Source: Carpediemonas membranifera BICM (Eukaryota; Protista; Fornicata). From it: 64,000 bases of DNA. The stretch spans positions 574,735 to 638,734 of the forward strand of contig JAHDYR010000038.1 of the NCBI GenBank assembly GCA_019828565.1, in the 5' to 3' direction. A program made the position numbers and the translations under genes. Under the pieces are notes generated by a model, which searched no databases, was not told where the DNA came from, and saw nothing but the letters and a program-made list of their open reading frames with translations. This document shows, one piece after another, positions 11,659 to 21,813 of the stretch; position 1 is the first letter of the stretch, and each line of letters opens with the position of its first letter.

Positions 11659-12172
11659 ATGAGCATTGGTGGCTCCGCTCCAATCCCATCAGTTGTTTTA
11701 TTGCATGAAGCGTTAAGACAGCTCCAGGAGTACGAAACGGCGCTTTTATCAGACGAGGAACGTCTTCGCCGATTGAAATATGGCAAGGAACGTCTTGAGA
11801 CTGAGAAACGGGAGCTTCAGACAAAACTGATCAACGACAGGTCCAAAGAGCTCATGATAGAGCAGAAGCGCAGCGTAGACTCTTCTGCAAGCTTCCAAGA
11901 GCTTGATGTCGCCGCCACCCTCATGAAAGAGCTTGACGCATGCCGAAAGAAGGAGAATAAGCTGTTTGTATCTCTGCCAATCGCGTTCACACAGTAGGAA
12001 TGAGCTCGTAAAAACTCGCCAAGAGCTGACAATCGCCCGGGCCCAGCTCATACCGCACACACACAAGGCTGCACCGGCGCCCCGGACACCCGATCCACCC
12101 CAGACGAGGGCAGACGACGGGGCGCTGTTCGAGGAGGAGTTGTGGACACCGGTGCCCACCCCCACGCTTTGA
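11659..12172 (+). CDS. Coiled-coil hypothetical protein; intron 11964-11994
   Basis: Removing GTTTG...CACAG (31 nt) joins ..KENKL to RNELVKTRQEL in frame. Confidence 0.65.
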
Positions 12173-12316
12173 GCTGCCTCGACTAAGTCGTGACAACCAA
12201 CGACCACACCGGCCGGCGCCGTGCTACAGTAAACATCCCTGCCCTTCTCATGCCCAGGGGCTTGTCTACTGGCCGCTGTCGTGTTCCGTGGCAATCCTGC
12301 GCACAACACCCAAGCG

Positions 12317-15300
12317 ATGAGGTTGGTACTTGGACTCCCTCTTGCCATCACTGCATCGAACGACGGAGTGTTCTACTCTCTATACAAGCACGCTATCACG
12401 CGCGAAAGCTGTGAAACTCTCGAGCCGTCCGTCCACACAACATTGCCCGTGCCAGCGACAGAATATGCGACAATAATCGCGCCTGACGAGCTGAATGCGC
12501 TTATATATGCGAACTATATCGACGATCATGTCCACGTTGAGTATCTGCCCTTGTCGGATGACCCCATTCCAGAGGCGTTCGACATCCCAGCTCCACAGCC
12601 GACGAGCCCCATCACGCTGTCACTGGGCCCCACAGATGACGATCTAACACACATGTTGTCCGTTTCATGTGGTAACGTCGCCGTAGTGGTCATCGCATCC
12701 ATCGAGGATGACGCAGACACACTCGCCACAGTCACCGTCCCCGCCGCATGCACACGGGCCGCGCTATGGCCCTTAGACGACGAGGTACACCTGGCGACTG
12801 TCTCTGGCAACCGGCTACTGATCGCATGGAACGTACAGGACGACCTGACCGTACCCCCGCTCCCAGAGGACCTCGAGGCCCTCCCAGACGCTCACTGGCG
12901 CCACCACACCACATCAAAGGGTGCTGTAGAGGGTGTCACGGCCTGTGACGGCCAGGTGACCCTGCTCAACCGCAGCATGCGGATGGCTTCCACCACCAGT
13001 CGCCGCAAGAAGAAGGTCCCCCAGCATCTCCCAGTGGCAGACGCAGTGGTCGCCGCTCACGAGCTGCGGGACTCGACGACGGTGTACTATCTTCACGGAA
13101 TCTCCGCGGACTACGGCCTCTTCAACGTCCGAATCCAGGGCCGAGCCGTGGTTCCCAACCCCCACGTGACAGAGGCGGCGAAGGACTATCTCAAGGAGGA
13201 TATCGTCAGGGCGTGTGCTATCACTGGTATCGCGTGCTGTGCTGCCCCCGATGCGCCCGTTATCGTCGTGGCTGGAGAGCATTCGCTCCTGCGCTGCTTT
13301 AAGGGGGGCGAATCAATCCGGACAGACCCTGAGCGTGGCGTGGAAGCCGCCCTGACATATGTCGCGTCCATGCCGCGGGCCGTGTCTGGGTCCTCTGCCC
13401 TGCAGAACACCGTGGTGCTCTCAGCAACCGATCGGACACCGACTGTGCAGCAAGTCGCCATGACTCGCGGTGGAGACGGTACGCTGTTTGTCAGAGCCGT
13501 CTATGAAGACAGTGACATCCGGACCTTTGCGGTCGATGACGGCAAGGGCATCTGCAAGGCAAGGGTTCATGTCCCTCAAGCCGTCGCCGCCTGCCTCGTT
13601 GTCGGCCGGACCCTGGTCAGTGTCGCCCCGGGCACGGTGGAGACGCTGGCCTTGGGGTCGGGCGACTCATTCGCAGTCGAGTTGGTTGGCACGACGACGG
13701 GGCCGCCTTGTGCCGCGGGCCGGACAGTTTTCGTACCCACGACGGAGGGCGTGGCGGTGGTCTCCGTCGAGGATGACGGTGATGTGACCCTTGTAGAGAC
13801 CATCCCTGTTGACGGCGCAGTGTATGTCTCCGCGACCAAGGTCGAGTCTGGGATAATCCTGGCCGTGGCGTCAGACGCGAAGATGACGTTGTTCAGCGTA
13901 TGTGTGCCCGCCTCGGCCATGACCATCCTCACTGCTGCCGTAAAGTGCACCGGGCCGCCCAACCCAGCGGCCTTCGCACCCGTGGTCGCCTGCCCAACGG
14001 CCCGCGGGTTGACGGTGGTAGACTGCACCGACGCGGGTGTCAAGGTCCGCGAGTACGGCCTGTCATCGTCAGACGGGCCGCCAGTGAAGGCTGCCTGCCT
14101 CCGTCGCAACGGCGATATCATGCTTTTCGACGACGTTGTGCATCGCGTGCTGGCGCGACCGGACGGCCAGACGCTTCAGGACATCGGTACGATCGAGGAC
14201 ATCATCCTTCATGGCCCCGAAGGCACCAAGGACCGCATCAAGCCCCTCGCTGTCGGTCCAGAATTCGACTGGGTTGCAACAGCGGGCGGCGTCCAGTTTG
14301 GACACATCATGCCTGAGGTGATTGACATAGGCATTGACCTGACCCCCGCCATGCAGGTCGCCGTCTCTGGAGACTGGTCGCTGGCCGCCATCCTCGACGA
14401 CGCCCTTTACGTGGCCGACATGGCGCCCACCTCGTCGCCGGTCAAATCAACCGCCGCAGACCCGTGGGCGACAGTCTCCCCGGCCTCTGAGTCCACTCCA
14501 TGGGCACACACACCCTCCACTGGCCAGGGTCCTATGCGGGGCTGGCTCGAGGGCACGTTTGATGGCGTCGGGGCGAGAGGAGCAGGCCCGCTTGCTGTTA
14601 GCGGTATGGAGCCAGAGCTGAATCCGCTGGATGAAAGCGTCAGTGAGATGGAGTCCGTCCAGGGCGAAGGCGAGAAGGAGCCGGAGAAGGAGCCGGAGCC
14701 TGACGCAGCCGATGTGCCGACTGAGCCCGAGTCAAAGGCCACCGAACAGCCAGAGATCGTGCCTGAGCCAGAGAAGGAGCCATCAACGGAACCAGAAAAG
14801 GAACCTGCGAAGGAACCAGAGCCGGAACCAGAGCCGGAACCAGGACCGGAACCCGAGGCTGAACCCGTTCCCCCTTCGCCCAAGCCCGAGACATCGGTAG
14901 AGCCTGCCGTGCCGGACGAGGAGACCAAGGCGGAGCCGGAGCCGGAGCCCCAAGTGAAGCCCGAAGATAAGCTCCAAGAAGGGTCCCAGGAAGCCGAGGC
15001 CGAGCTGACCACGGAGACGCTGCCCGCGCCCGTCAGAAGCGACCTCCCGTCCCACGCCGCCGAGCCTGAGGTGAGCCCGGAGTCGAACACCATCGATGAA
15101 GGGGCACTCCAGGAGCATGTCGCCGAGGCGTGCGGGCGACTGGAAGACGTCGTGCAGAACGCCATCCAATCCTGGGGACAGGTTGCGGCATCCATGAAGG
15201 TCAGCGGGTCTGCCAACATCGTCGGCCTCGCCCGCATGATGACTGACAACTTCCGCACTGTCATCGACAGACTGTCGGAAACGATCGGCGAGCCCGCCCG

Positions 15301-15415
15301 GACGGCCCAGACTGAGGCTACAGCGAGTCAGGCCGATTTACATACAGTCGATCCGGCCCGCGTAGCCTCTGCGATGAGGGAGCTCCAGCGGGCCCTGGGC
15401 ATCGACTTGTCCTGA
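12317..15415 (+). CDS. Large hypothetical protein (beta-rich N-terminal region, Glu-Pro repeat linker, C-terminal helical domain)
   Basis: Uninterrupted ORF of about 1030 aa; EPEKEPEP repeats at ~14670-14950; AGTAAA after the stop. Confidence 0.75.
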   Translation: MRLVLGLPLAITASNDGVFYSLYKHAITRESCETLEPSVHTTLPVPATEYATIIAPDELNALIYANYIDDHVHVEYLPLSDDPIPEAFDIPAPQPTSPITLSLGPTDDDLTHMLSVSCGNVAVVVIASIEDDADTLATVTVPAACTRAALWPLDDEVHLATVSGNRLLIAWNVQDDLTVPPLPEDLEALPDAHWRHHTTSKGAVEGVTACDGQVTLLNRSMRMASTTSRRKKKVPQHLPVADAVVAAHELRDSTTVYYLHGISADYGLFNVRIQGRAVVPNPHVTEAAKDYLKEDIVRACAITGIACCAAPDAPVIVVAGEHSLLRCFKGGESIRTDPERGVEAALTYVASMPRAVSGSSALQNTVVLSATDRTPTVQQVAMTRGGDGTLFVRAVYEDSDIRTFAVDDGKGICKARVHVPQAVAACLVVGRTLVSVAPGTVETLALGSGDSFAVELVGTTTGPPCAAGRTVFVPTTEGVAVVSVEDDGDVTLVETIPVDGAVYVSATKVESGIILAVASDAKMTLFSVCVPASAMTILTAAVKCTGPPNPAAFAPVVACPTARGLTVVDCTDAGVKVREYGLSSSDGPPVKAACLRRNGDIMLFDDVVHRVLARPDGQTLQDIGTIEDIILHGPEGTKDRIKPLAVGPEFDWVATAGGVQFGHIMPEVIDIGIDLTPAMQVAVSGDWSLAAILDDALYVADMAPTSSPVKSTAADPWATVSPASESTPWAHTPSTGQGPMRGWLEGTFDGVGARGAGPLAVSGMEPELNPLDESVSEMESVQGEGEKEPEKEPEPDAADVPTEPESKATEQPEIVPEPEKEPSTEPEKEPAKEPEPEPEPEPGPEPEAEPVPPSPKPETSVEPAVPDEETKAEPEPEPQVKPEDKLQEGSQEAEAELTTETLPAPVRSDLPSHAAEPEVSPESNTIDEGALQEHVAEACGRLEDVVQNAIQSWGQVAASMKVSGSANIVGLARMMTDNFRTVIDRLSETIGEPARTAQTEATASQADLHTVDPARVASAMRELQRALGIDLS

Positions 15416-15751
15416 GGAGGGGTAGTAAACATAATAGTGCTCTGGAATGAACGCTGGCAGTGTACCTTTGCGAGCTCTCGGACACGCGCGCCTGAGAGTC
15501 GTTTTGAAAGAGTCGTGATTTGAGAATCAAGATCAGTCTGCTCAGCAGGATAAGGCCTCCTTGATCGCCAGACGAGACTGGCGCGGGAAGGAGACGAGCC
15601 TCTTCAGCCTTGCCGATGCCTCCGTGTATCAATCATCAAGCATCAGCAAACAAGCGCTGCGTACCCTAATCCGCAGAGCACAAATCCCCATCGGCAGCCT
15701 GCCATAAATCTCATGTACGCATATTACGCAAAGCCCCTCCTCGTTGCCTTC

Positions 15752-16078
15752 ATGGGGAAACGCCAACGTGAGAAGCAAGCGAAAGCGAGAGCGCATGCAA
15801 TGCTTTTGAAGCCAAGAGAAAAGCGCTCCGAGAGCAAGAAGCCCGGTTCTTCCACCGGTCACGTTGTTGAGATCAATGAAGCTTTGTGGCGCCCCGCAAA
15901 GATTTCTGCCACTGCTGATGTGTTTAAGGACTGCAATAAGATGGGTCTTGCCTCTTTTGAAGTGTTTAATCCCAACGGAGAGACCGAGGACGTTGAAATG
16001 GACCTTGAGCAGTACACATTCATGGACGGCGAGGAGTTTGAGGTCTCAGAGGGCGAAGAGGAGGTCCAGGATGCGTAG
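15752..16078 (+). CDS. Small hypothetical protein (basic N-terminus, acidic C-terminus)
   Basis: MGKRQREKQAKAR..., coding-like composition. Confidence 0.55.
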   Translation: MGKRQREKQAKARAHAMLLKPREKRSESKKPGSSTGHVVEINEALWRPAKISATADVFKDCNKMGLASFEVFNPNGETEDVEMDLEQYTFMDGEEFEVSEGEEEVQDA

Positions 16079-16329
16079 TCACGTTACATACCTTATGCTT
16101 GATGCAGGCCACACTTTCTTTCTCAACAATGACTGCACAGCCAGCTCATAGATGGTAAATTGCTGGTCCATCCGGGCGTCCGCTGATGTCTTCAGCATGG
16201 ATATGCGGCATGCAGGATGACATGGGGTGTTGCTCAGACCCACATCACCCCTGGACAGACTTAATTTAACAATTCGCGCTATCCTGCGTCCTTTTTCGAA
16301 GAAAATTGGGTGTTCTCGTTTTTCGCGGA

Positions 16330-16986
16330 ATGAGAATGGAAGCCGTTCGCTCGGTCTTGCAAAAGGTTGGTTTGCGGTGGTTCTATGCCATTTTCGCGGT
16401 TCATATTGTGCTTATTACCGTGACTTTCGTCCTTTGCTCCCTACAGCTATCATTTGCGGAGGGGCTCGCAGCAATCTTCGTCTCCATTAACATCATTCCA
16501 TTTGTGCTCATAGCAATGCCATTCTATCGCAATTCATCACAGCTATTTTCGATCCTCGCGATGGTGTTCTACATCTTCCTTGGTCTCTGCACCCTCCAGT
16601 CGGGACTCGCAGCTGTAGCACTGTACGCCGCGCAGCTACCCTCATTATCATCGCGCAGGGCCACGCTCCTGGGGACATGCGGCGTGTTCATCTCGAGCGC
16701 CCTGATGTCCTCCATCTATCTTTTCAACACTGGCATTCTTCTGCACGCGAAGGCGCCGGAGTCAACCAAACCGCAGCTATTCAAACAGCGTATGGCCAAA
16801 AGCGCGTCATCGATTAATACAACCCGCAAGCGCAGATATCCCCCAGGGTCAATGGCATTAGAGGCAGTGCAGCTCGGCCAAGACATGACCGAAACCGCGG
16901 CGACGGAAATGAGTTCGGCCAGGGCACACCCGTTTGCCGTATTCGCGGCGGCCCGGCCTAGGGACTCACCCAAGCTTAGTAGCTAG
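16330..16986 (+). CDS. Predicted 4-TM membrane protein
   Basis: Four hydrophobic stretches followed by a hydrophilic tail. Confidence 0.6.
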   Translation: MRMEAVRSVLQKVGLRWFYAIFAVHIVLITVTFVLCSLQLSFAEGLAAIFVSINIIPFVLIAMPFYRNSSQLFSILAMVFYIFLGLCTLQSGLAAVALYAAQLPSLSSRRATLLGTCGVFISSALMSSIYLFNTGILLHAKAPESTKPQLFKQRMAKSASSINTTRKRRYPPGSMALEAVQLGQDMTETAATEMSSARAHPFAVFAAARPRDSPKLSS

Positions 16987-17210
16987 ACCCCGGCGGCCCA
17001 GGGGCTGGCGCAGCAGCAGCTAAACTATTGTCAGCGTCATGAATCGCACTGTTGTTTCTCTCTGGTGTTTAGGCGGACGGCTGAACGTGGAGGGCGAGTT
17101 GAAATGGCTTGAGCTATAGCTATACCCACCTACACCTTGCTGGAGTCGCCTTAGTGGTTCGGGGCGACGCAGAATGACGACCTCAAATCCGAACAAGCAC
17201 GCACAATCTC

Positions 17211-18149
17211 ATGGCACCGCTGATTGCGCAACGGGGCGGTATCGATTGCCACCCAACACAGGTTGATCTTGGAAATATCCCACAACGGTCCTCTATCAAG
17301 AGTTCGTCTCTTCTTATCGTTGTTCGGCGCGGAACGTTATTTGCTCGCGACCTATCTGTTAGCTGCGATAATTCAGACGAAATTCTTCTCAAACTCACAC
17401 ACACAGGTCTTGCACACAAGGTAGATGTGACATTCCGTCCTTCGAGCCCCGGGCATTTCTCGACGGTCATTCGACTCACCACGAGCAAGCAAACCGTGGA
17501 GATTCCGTTCACAGCTCACGTGCAGGCGCCCAAGACTCTTCCAGAGGCATACACAAAGGCTCGCAGGAGGTCTGTCTCCCGGGTCCCTCGCAGACCTTCG
17601 GGCAGGAGGTCACCTCCACTTCGGGGTATGCTGCCGAATGAAGAGTTCACAGAGGCAGATGGCATGGCCCTTAAGACCTCCATCGAGCAGACCAAGGTCC
17701 AAGGACTGAGGAGTGATCCCGAGGGGCGACCCAAGGCAGTCTTTGACGCGGACAACCAAACCTGGGTGCCCGCCGAGGAATCGAAGTTCATGGACCCTGA
17801 CGAGGAGCTCACACTGAAGATGGACGCGAGTATCTCCATCGAGGAGGACGGGAACGGAGACCCACGTCTCGTCATTGCGTCCAGGCAGGACTTTGGCATC
17901 GAGGAGGAAGATTTCGACGACAGCATCATCGAATGGGGGTCCGACGAGGATGAGGAGGAAACGACTATCAATATGGGTAACGGCGACGCATCTTTTGAGA
18001 CGGCAAAGTATTATGAGCCTGATCCAAGATATTGGGAGTCGGTCAAGTCTGACTGCAAGGCGTTGACAAGCAAGGCGGAAGATCAGGCTAGTGATGTCCC
18101 AGATGCTGATCGCAAGGCCATGAGGTGGGGTCAGCTGCTGGAGCAATGA
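17211..18149 (+). CDS. Hypothetical protein with N-terminal Ig-like (ASH/PapD-like) domain
   Basis: PTQVDLGNI..VDVTFRPSSPGHFSTVIRLTT..VEIPFTAHV pattern; acidic C-terminal half. Confidence 0.55.
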   Translation: MAPLIAQRGGIDCHPTQVDLGNIPQRSSIKSSSLLIVVRRGTLFARDLSVSCDNSDEILLKLTHTGLAHKVDVTFRPSSPGHFSTVIRLTTSKQTVEIPFTAHVQAPKTLPEAYTKARRRSVSRVPRRPSGRRSPPLRGMLPNEEFTEADGMALKTSIEQTKVQGLRSDPEGRPKAVFDADNQTWVPAEESKFMDPDEELTLKMDASISIEEDGNGDPRLVIASRQDFGIEEEDFDDSIIEWGSDEDEEETTINMGNGDASFETAKYYEPDPRYWESVKSDCKALTSKAEDQASDVPDADRKAMRWGQLLEQ

Positions 18150-18328
18150 GGCAGGGTTATGGAGCGATAGTTATAAAGTTTCTAATGTGGAGCAGCGTAG
18201 ATTGGTTGACTCAAGGTTGTAGTGGTGGACTTGGATTTGACTGACCATTTGGATGCGGTCAAAATATGGTGCAGATTAGCGCAGAGGACTATCGCCCTTG
18301 TCAACGTTAAATCTCATCATCTCTTCAC

Positions 18329-18368
18329 TGTGCTGCGCAGGATTAGAATTGTTGAGTCCAAAACACAC
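18329..18368. repeat. Dispersed ~40 bp motif TGTGCYGCGCAGGAT..GAAT..TTGAGTC.AAACA (copies at 18329, 20347, partial at 45896)
   Basis: Direct comparison of the three sites; all in the same orientation. Confidence 0.75.
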
Positions 18369-18389
18369 AGTGATCCAAGCAGCATCAAG

Positions 18390-20075
18390 TTAATGATAGC
18401 GAGGAAGAGCACCTCTCTGGGAGTCGTAGTGGAAAGGAGATTGCTCTATCTGATCTGAAGTTGTATCATAGGTGCACCAAAGGATGTTCTCGCTGGCGCT
18501 CTTATCTCGGTGAAAGAGATTGAGAAGTGTGTCTCTCTGCTCAGGATGCCGACGAAGCCGTTCAACGCGCCATGGAGCTCCCTCGCACGCGGGATTCTGG
18601 CAGAGCATGGTGCGGTGTGTGTGCACCACACGTCTGAAGTGTGCTTTGCAGTGTGGGCACACGATGGAAGTGCGAAATTCGGAGACCATCGTGACAGTCA
18701 CGACGACGTTGTGCCGGAGCATGATGCCAGGGAGAGCTCGAGCAAAGTGGCGGTACGGTGCACAGGAGGGAGTGCCGGCGGAACCGAACAGTGCAGCCCC
18801 ATACGCGACTTCGAGATGAATGGGCTCCGGGGGGCGCCCGCCGAGATCATCCAGGAGTTGACGTCCAGCCCGGGCGAAGTGCTTCAGGCGCAGACAGTGA
18901 TTGGCAAAAGTCGCCCGGCGGAAACACTTTCTCGTCCCCTCGTTGATGATCTGAACGATGTTCTCATGGACAAACCTAATCGACTGTTTGAGAGCCTCTA
19001 GACTTGTCGTTTTGAACGATGCTGCGCTCATATTCACGCGGAAAGAGGGGGTGGCAGTGTAGCCACACTTAGCGAGTACGCCAGATACACTCTGCCCGTC
19101 TGGGCGGCGGATCGTGTAGCCGCCCAGCGACCGAGCACCAGGGTCGAAGCCCATGAGAGCTTGAATGTCCGGGGCAGGAGTAGCCTCGGCGTCATCCTGA
19201 CCGAGCCGAGCCCGCTTGTTATTGCTACCCTTTTTGTACGTGGGCCGGTCAGCCACCCGACCGCCACGGTATTTCTCGCGACCCACCCAAACCGTCACAG
19301 CAGCAGAGACCCCGTCAGTCTTCACAGAGAGCACTCTGCGAAGTTTGGTGATGTCGCCGTGATCACGCTCGTATCTATCAACCTGCTCAGTGGTCAAGTT
19401 CTTAGTTGCTGACTAATTCACGTGCACACGCAGGCGCCTCTTCATCGCTGGGGTGAGCGACATATAACCGTACTCGATGGTCATGAACCCAGGCCTGACC
19501 GGTGCCATCGGCACGAACGGAACGAGCTTCGGCTCTGGCAGGGCCTGACTGAGCTCGAGGTTCACGGCACGAGTGAGTGTGACCAGCTTGGTCACTGCAG
19601 CACTCATGCGCGTGACGCACGACAGCACGCCGACGAGGGCCTCGGCCACGGTACCAGTGCGACCCACCCGTTGCCCCTCGGGCAATGCATGCATTTGAGG
19701 ATGATGCATGCCATGATCGGCGGCTATGGCGGCAACCTCAGTGTCGAGCTCGCCTATGGTGTCGAGACAATCCTGTCGAACACCCGGCCGATCATGGAGG
19801 AGCGGACGCACCCGTTCTAATCCAGCACGAAGACGGGTCAGGTACCCGGGTGACGCGCGCGAGAGCCAGACCCGGGTGGCTGTGGAGTACTCACCCAACC
19901 AGCTCTGAAATGGAAATGCAATTCCAACGTAGGCTTCCCTGAAGTCCCGGACGAGTGGGGTTATGTCAGGGTCCCTCCACATCGCCAGGTCGCCAATCCA
20001 CCTGCACCGATCCGCTGCCTTTGCCTTCGACACCTTTTGCTGAGCAATGACGATCTGCTTAAGGTAAGGTAAGGT
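18390..20075 (-). mobile_element. Fanzor (eukaryotic TnpB/OMEGA RNA-guided nuclease) gene, interrupted by one in-frame TAG at 19413-19415; 5' end apparently truncated
   Basis: ORFs 19413-20033 and 18390-19397 are in the same frame. Motifs: PFVPMAPVRPGFMTIE, SVKTDGVS, RuvC-I GFDPG, VAYG, RuvC-II VSEFRTS-CPHC, CQNPAC and RuvC-III HRDKSASENI. Confidence 0.85.
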
Positions 20076-20087
20076 ACCTTACCTTAC
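20060..20087. repeat. (TAAGG)3-TA-(CCTTA)2 inverted microsatellite; perfect 24 bp palindrome at 20064-20087
   Basis: gtaaggtaaggt|accttaccttac read directly. Confidence 0.9.
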
Positions 20088-20666
20088 GATCATTTCTTTT
20101 CAGGGTTCATCAGCTAGCAGCATCCCTCAAAACACAAGAAACCAGCATCATACAACACAAAGCGTCTTTACTACTGCTACAACCGCTTTCCACCACTTGT
20201 GTCTCTCACAACAGACTAAGATGACGAAGACGACACGAGCTTCAGACGCCGGCAATGGACGACAGATGAGCGCGTAACAGACGAGCACAGACGCGAAAGA
20301 AGACAGCAGCGTTCGACACAGGGCTGAAGTGGGTGAGTGGAGGTAGTGTGCCGCGCAGGATACGAATACTTGAGTCTAAACATAAAATGCTCAACAGCCA
20401 GAGGAGCGCCCAGCTCGGCCCAGGGACGGCGCATGCTCCCTCCGACCCTCGCTCGTGATCAGAACTGGGCCATCCGAAATTTAAATTCATCGCTCTGCCC
20501 ACCAGTCAGCAGACCTCCAGCGTGGGTGAGACAGCTGTTCCCCCCGACTAATGTTTACTACATTGCGGACGCAGTGGCTATTTCAACATCATACAAGCGG
20601 GGCATGACATGTTACCCAACCGGAGCTTTAATCCAAACCCTCAACAATCAATCACACGCCCCAATC

Positions 20667-21353
20667 TCACTCGTACGCCATAACATACTCCATCCTCTCC
20701 TTCCCACACTTGCCGCACCATCTAGTGTCCCGGAAGAGCCTCACGCCGCAGTAGCAGCAGAACTCCATCAGGCCTGGGGGCACAGCCACCCTGCCGGGTC
20801 GGCCGGGTCTCGGGTCGACCTGGTGGGCATGCCGCGGCTCTTCATGCTTGACAGGCTCGGCGGGGCGGGTCTTGTGGTCTGAGTGATACTCATCAAAACC
20901 CACTTCGTCGGAAAATGATTGCTCCTGGTGGTGGTCATAACTCGCACCGTCATCGTCATCAGCTGCGTTTCCGCCACTATCACCACCATCACTATACCAG
21001 CCGATGCTTTTCCCGTGTCCGCGGTCAATGGCTTGGTTCACTAGCGAGTCCCCAGCCTCAGAGAAGTCGGGCTGTCCCTCAGCATACGATTCTTCGCTGT
21101 AGTGCTGCGTACTCACGCCATGGTCTAGGGTATGGCGGCCCTCATACGTCTCCTGGATCTCTTCGGGCGGTGGGGCAGGGCGGGATGGGACCGCCTTGGG
21201 GCGATACGGTGACTGGCGCTCTGGGGAAGCAGTGGAAACTGTGGTTACTTCCACCTTTGGTGGTGTCGATCGCTTGTACTGTGGAATGGCGTGGTTGTTC
21301 TTGGCTGTTGCTTGCCGGGCGCTACGAGTATGGTGCTTCCTGCAGGACTTCAC
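20667..21353 (-). CDS. Hypothetical protein with C-terminal double-CxxC zinc ribbon; true start probably upstream (~21443) via a short intron
   Basis: FCCYCG..WCGKCG at the C-terminus; the frame stays open upstream of 21353 without an ATG. Confidence 0.55.
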   Translation of the reverse strand: MKSCRKHHTRSARQATAKNNHAIPQYKRSTPPKVEVTTVSTASPERQSPYRPKAVPSRPAPPPEEIQETYEGRHTLDHGVSTQHYSEESYAEGQPDFSEAGDSLVNQAIDRGHGKSIGWYSDGGDSGGNAADDDDGASYDHHQEQSFSDEVGFDEYHSDHKTRPAEPVKHEEPRHAHQVDPRPGRPGRVAVPPGLMEFCCYCGVRLFRDTRWCGKCGKERMEYVMAYE

Positions 21354-21813
21354 GTGAGCAAGAAACTCAGCATTGTCTGGTGGTAGCTTGATTGAGCAAA
21401 AGTGGCACGTTCTTGATGGAGGCTTTGATCGTATATATCTCCATCTTGTTGCGCACTACAGGTGTGAAGCTGGTCATTGATGAAGATGACATATAAGAGC
21501 CGACGATGAACACCATTACCAGCCGATACAAGTGTAGCAGTGAATTTAATGTGGAATAGAAGACAATGAGACGACGTGTGAGCGATTGTGATGTTTGCAG
21601 CTGTGCTGACGTCCACGAAGAAGACGCTTTGTGGAAGCCCTGGAGAAGACGATCTCCCTACCGACTTAAGACGTGAGTAGGAGGGAGACAGGGCAGTGTT
21701 GCGCAGTATAAACACATTGTTTGACCCTTCAATAGCACATTCACGACGCCTTATCCTGCGAACACAATAATTTCTGATCAACCCTGATGTCCGCCTATCT
21801 ATCAATCAACAAT

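Noticed and set aside
14670-14950. Tandem GAGCCGGA repeats as a CRISPR-like array
   Set aside because: They are in-frame Glu-Pro codon repeats with no spacers, in a eukaryotic gene.
19413-19415. TAG read as Gln (hexamitid code) making Fanzor intact
   Set aside because: TAA and TAG clearly terminate conserved genes in this window (TPI, Mad2, BirA, MBF1).
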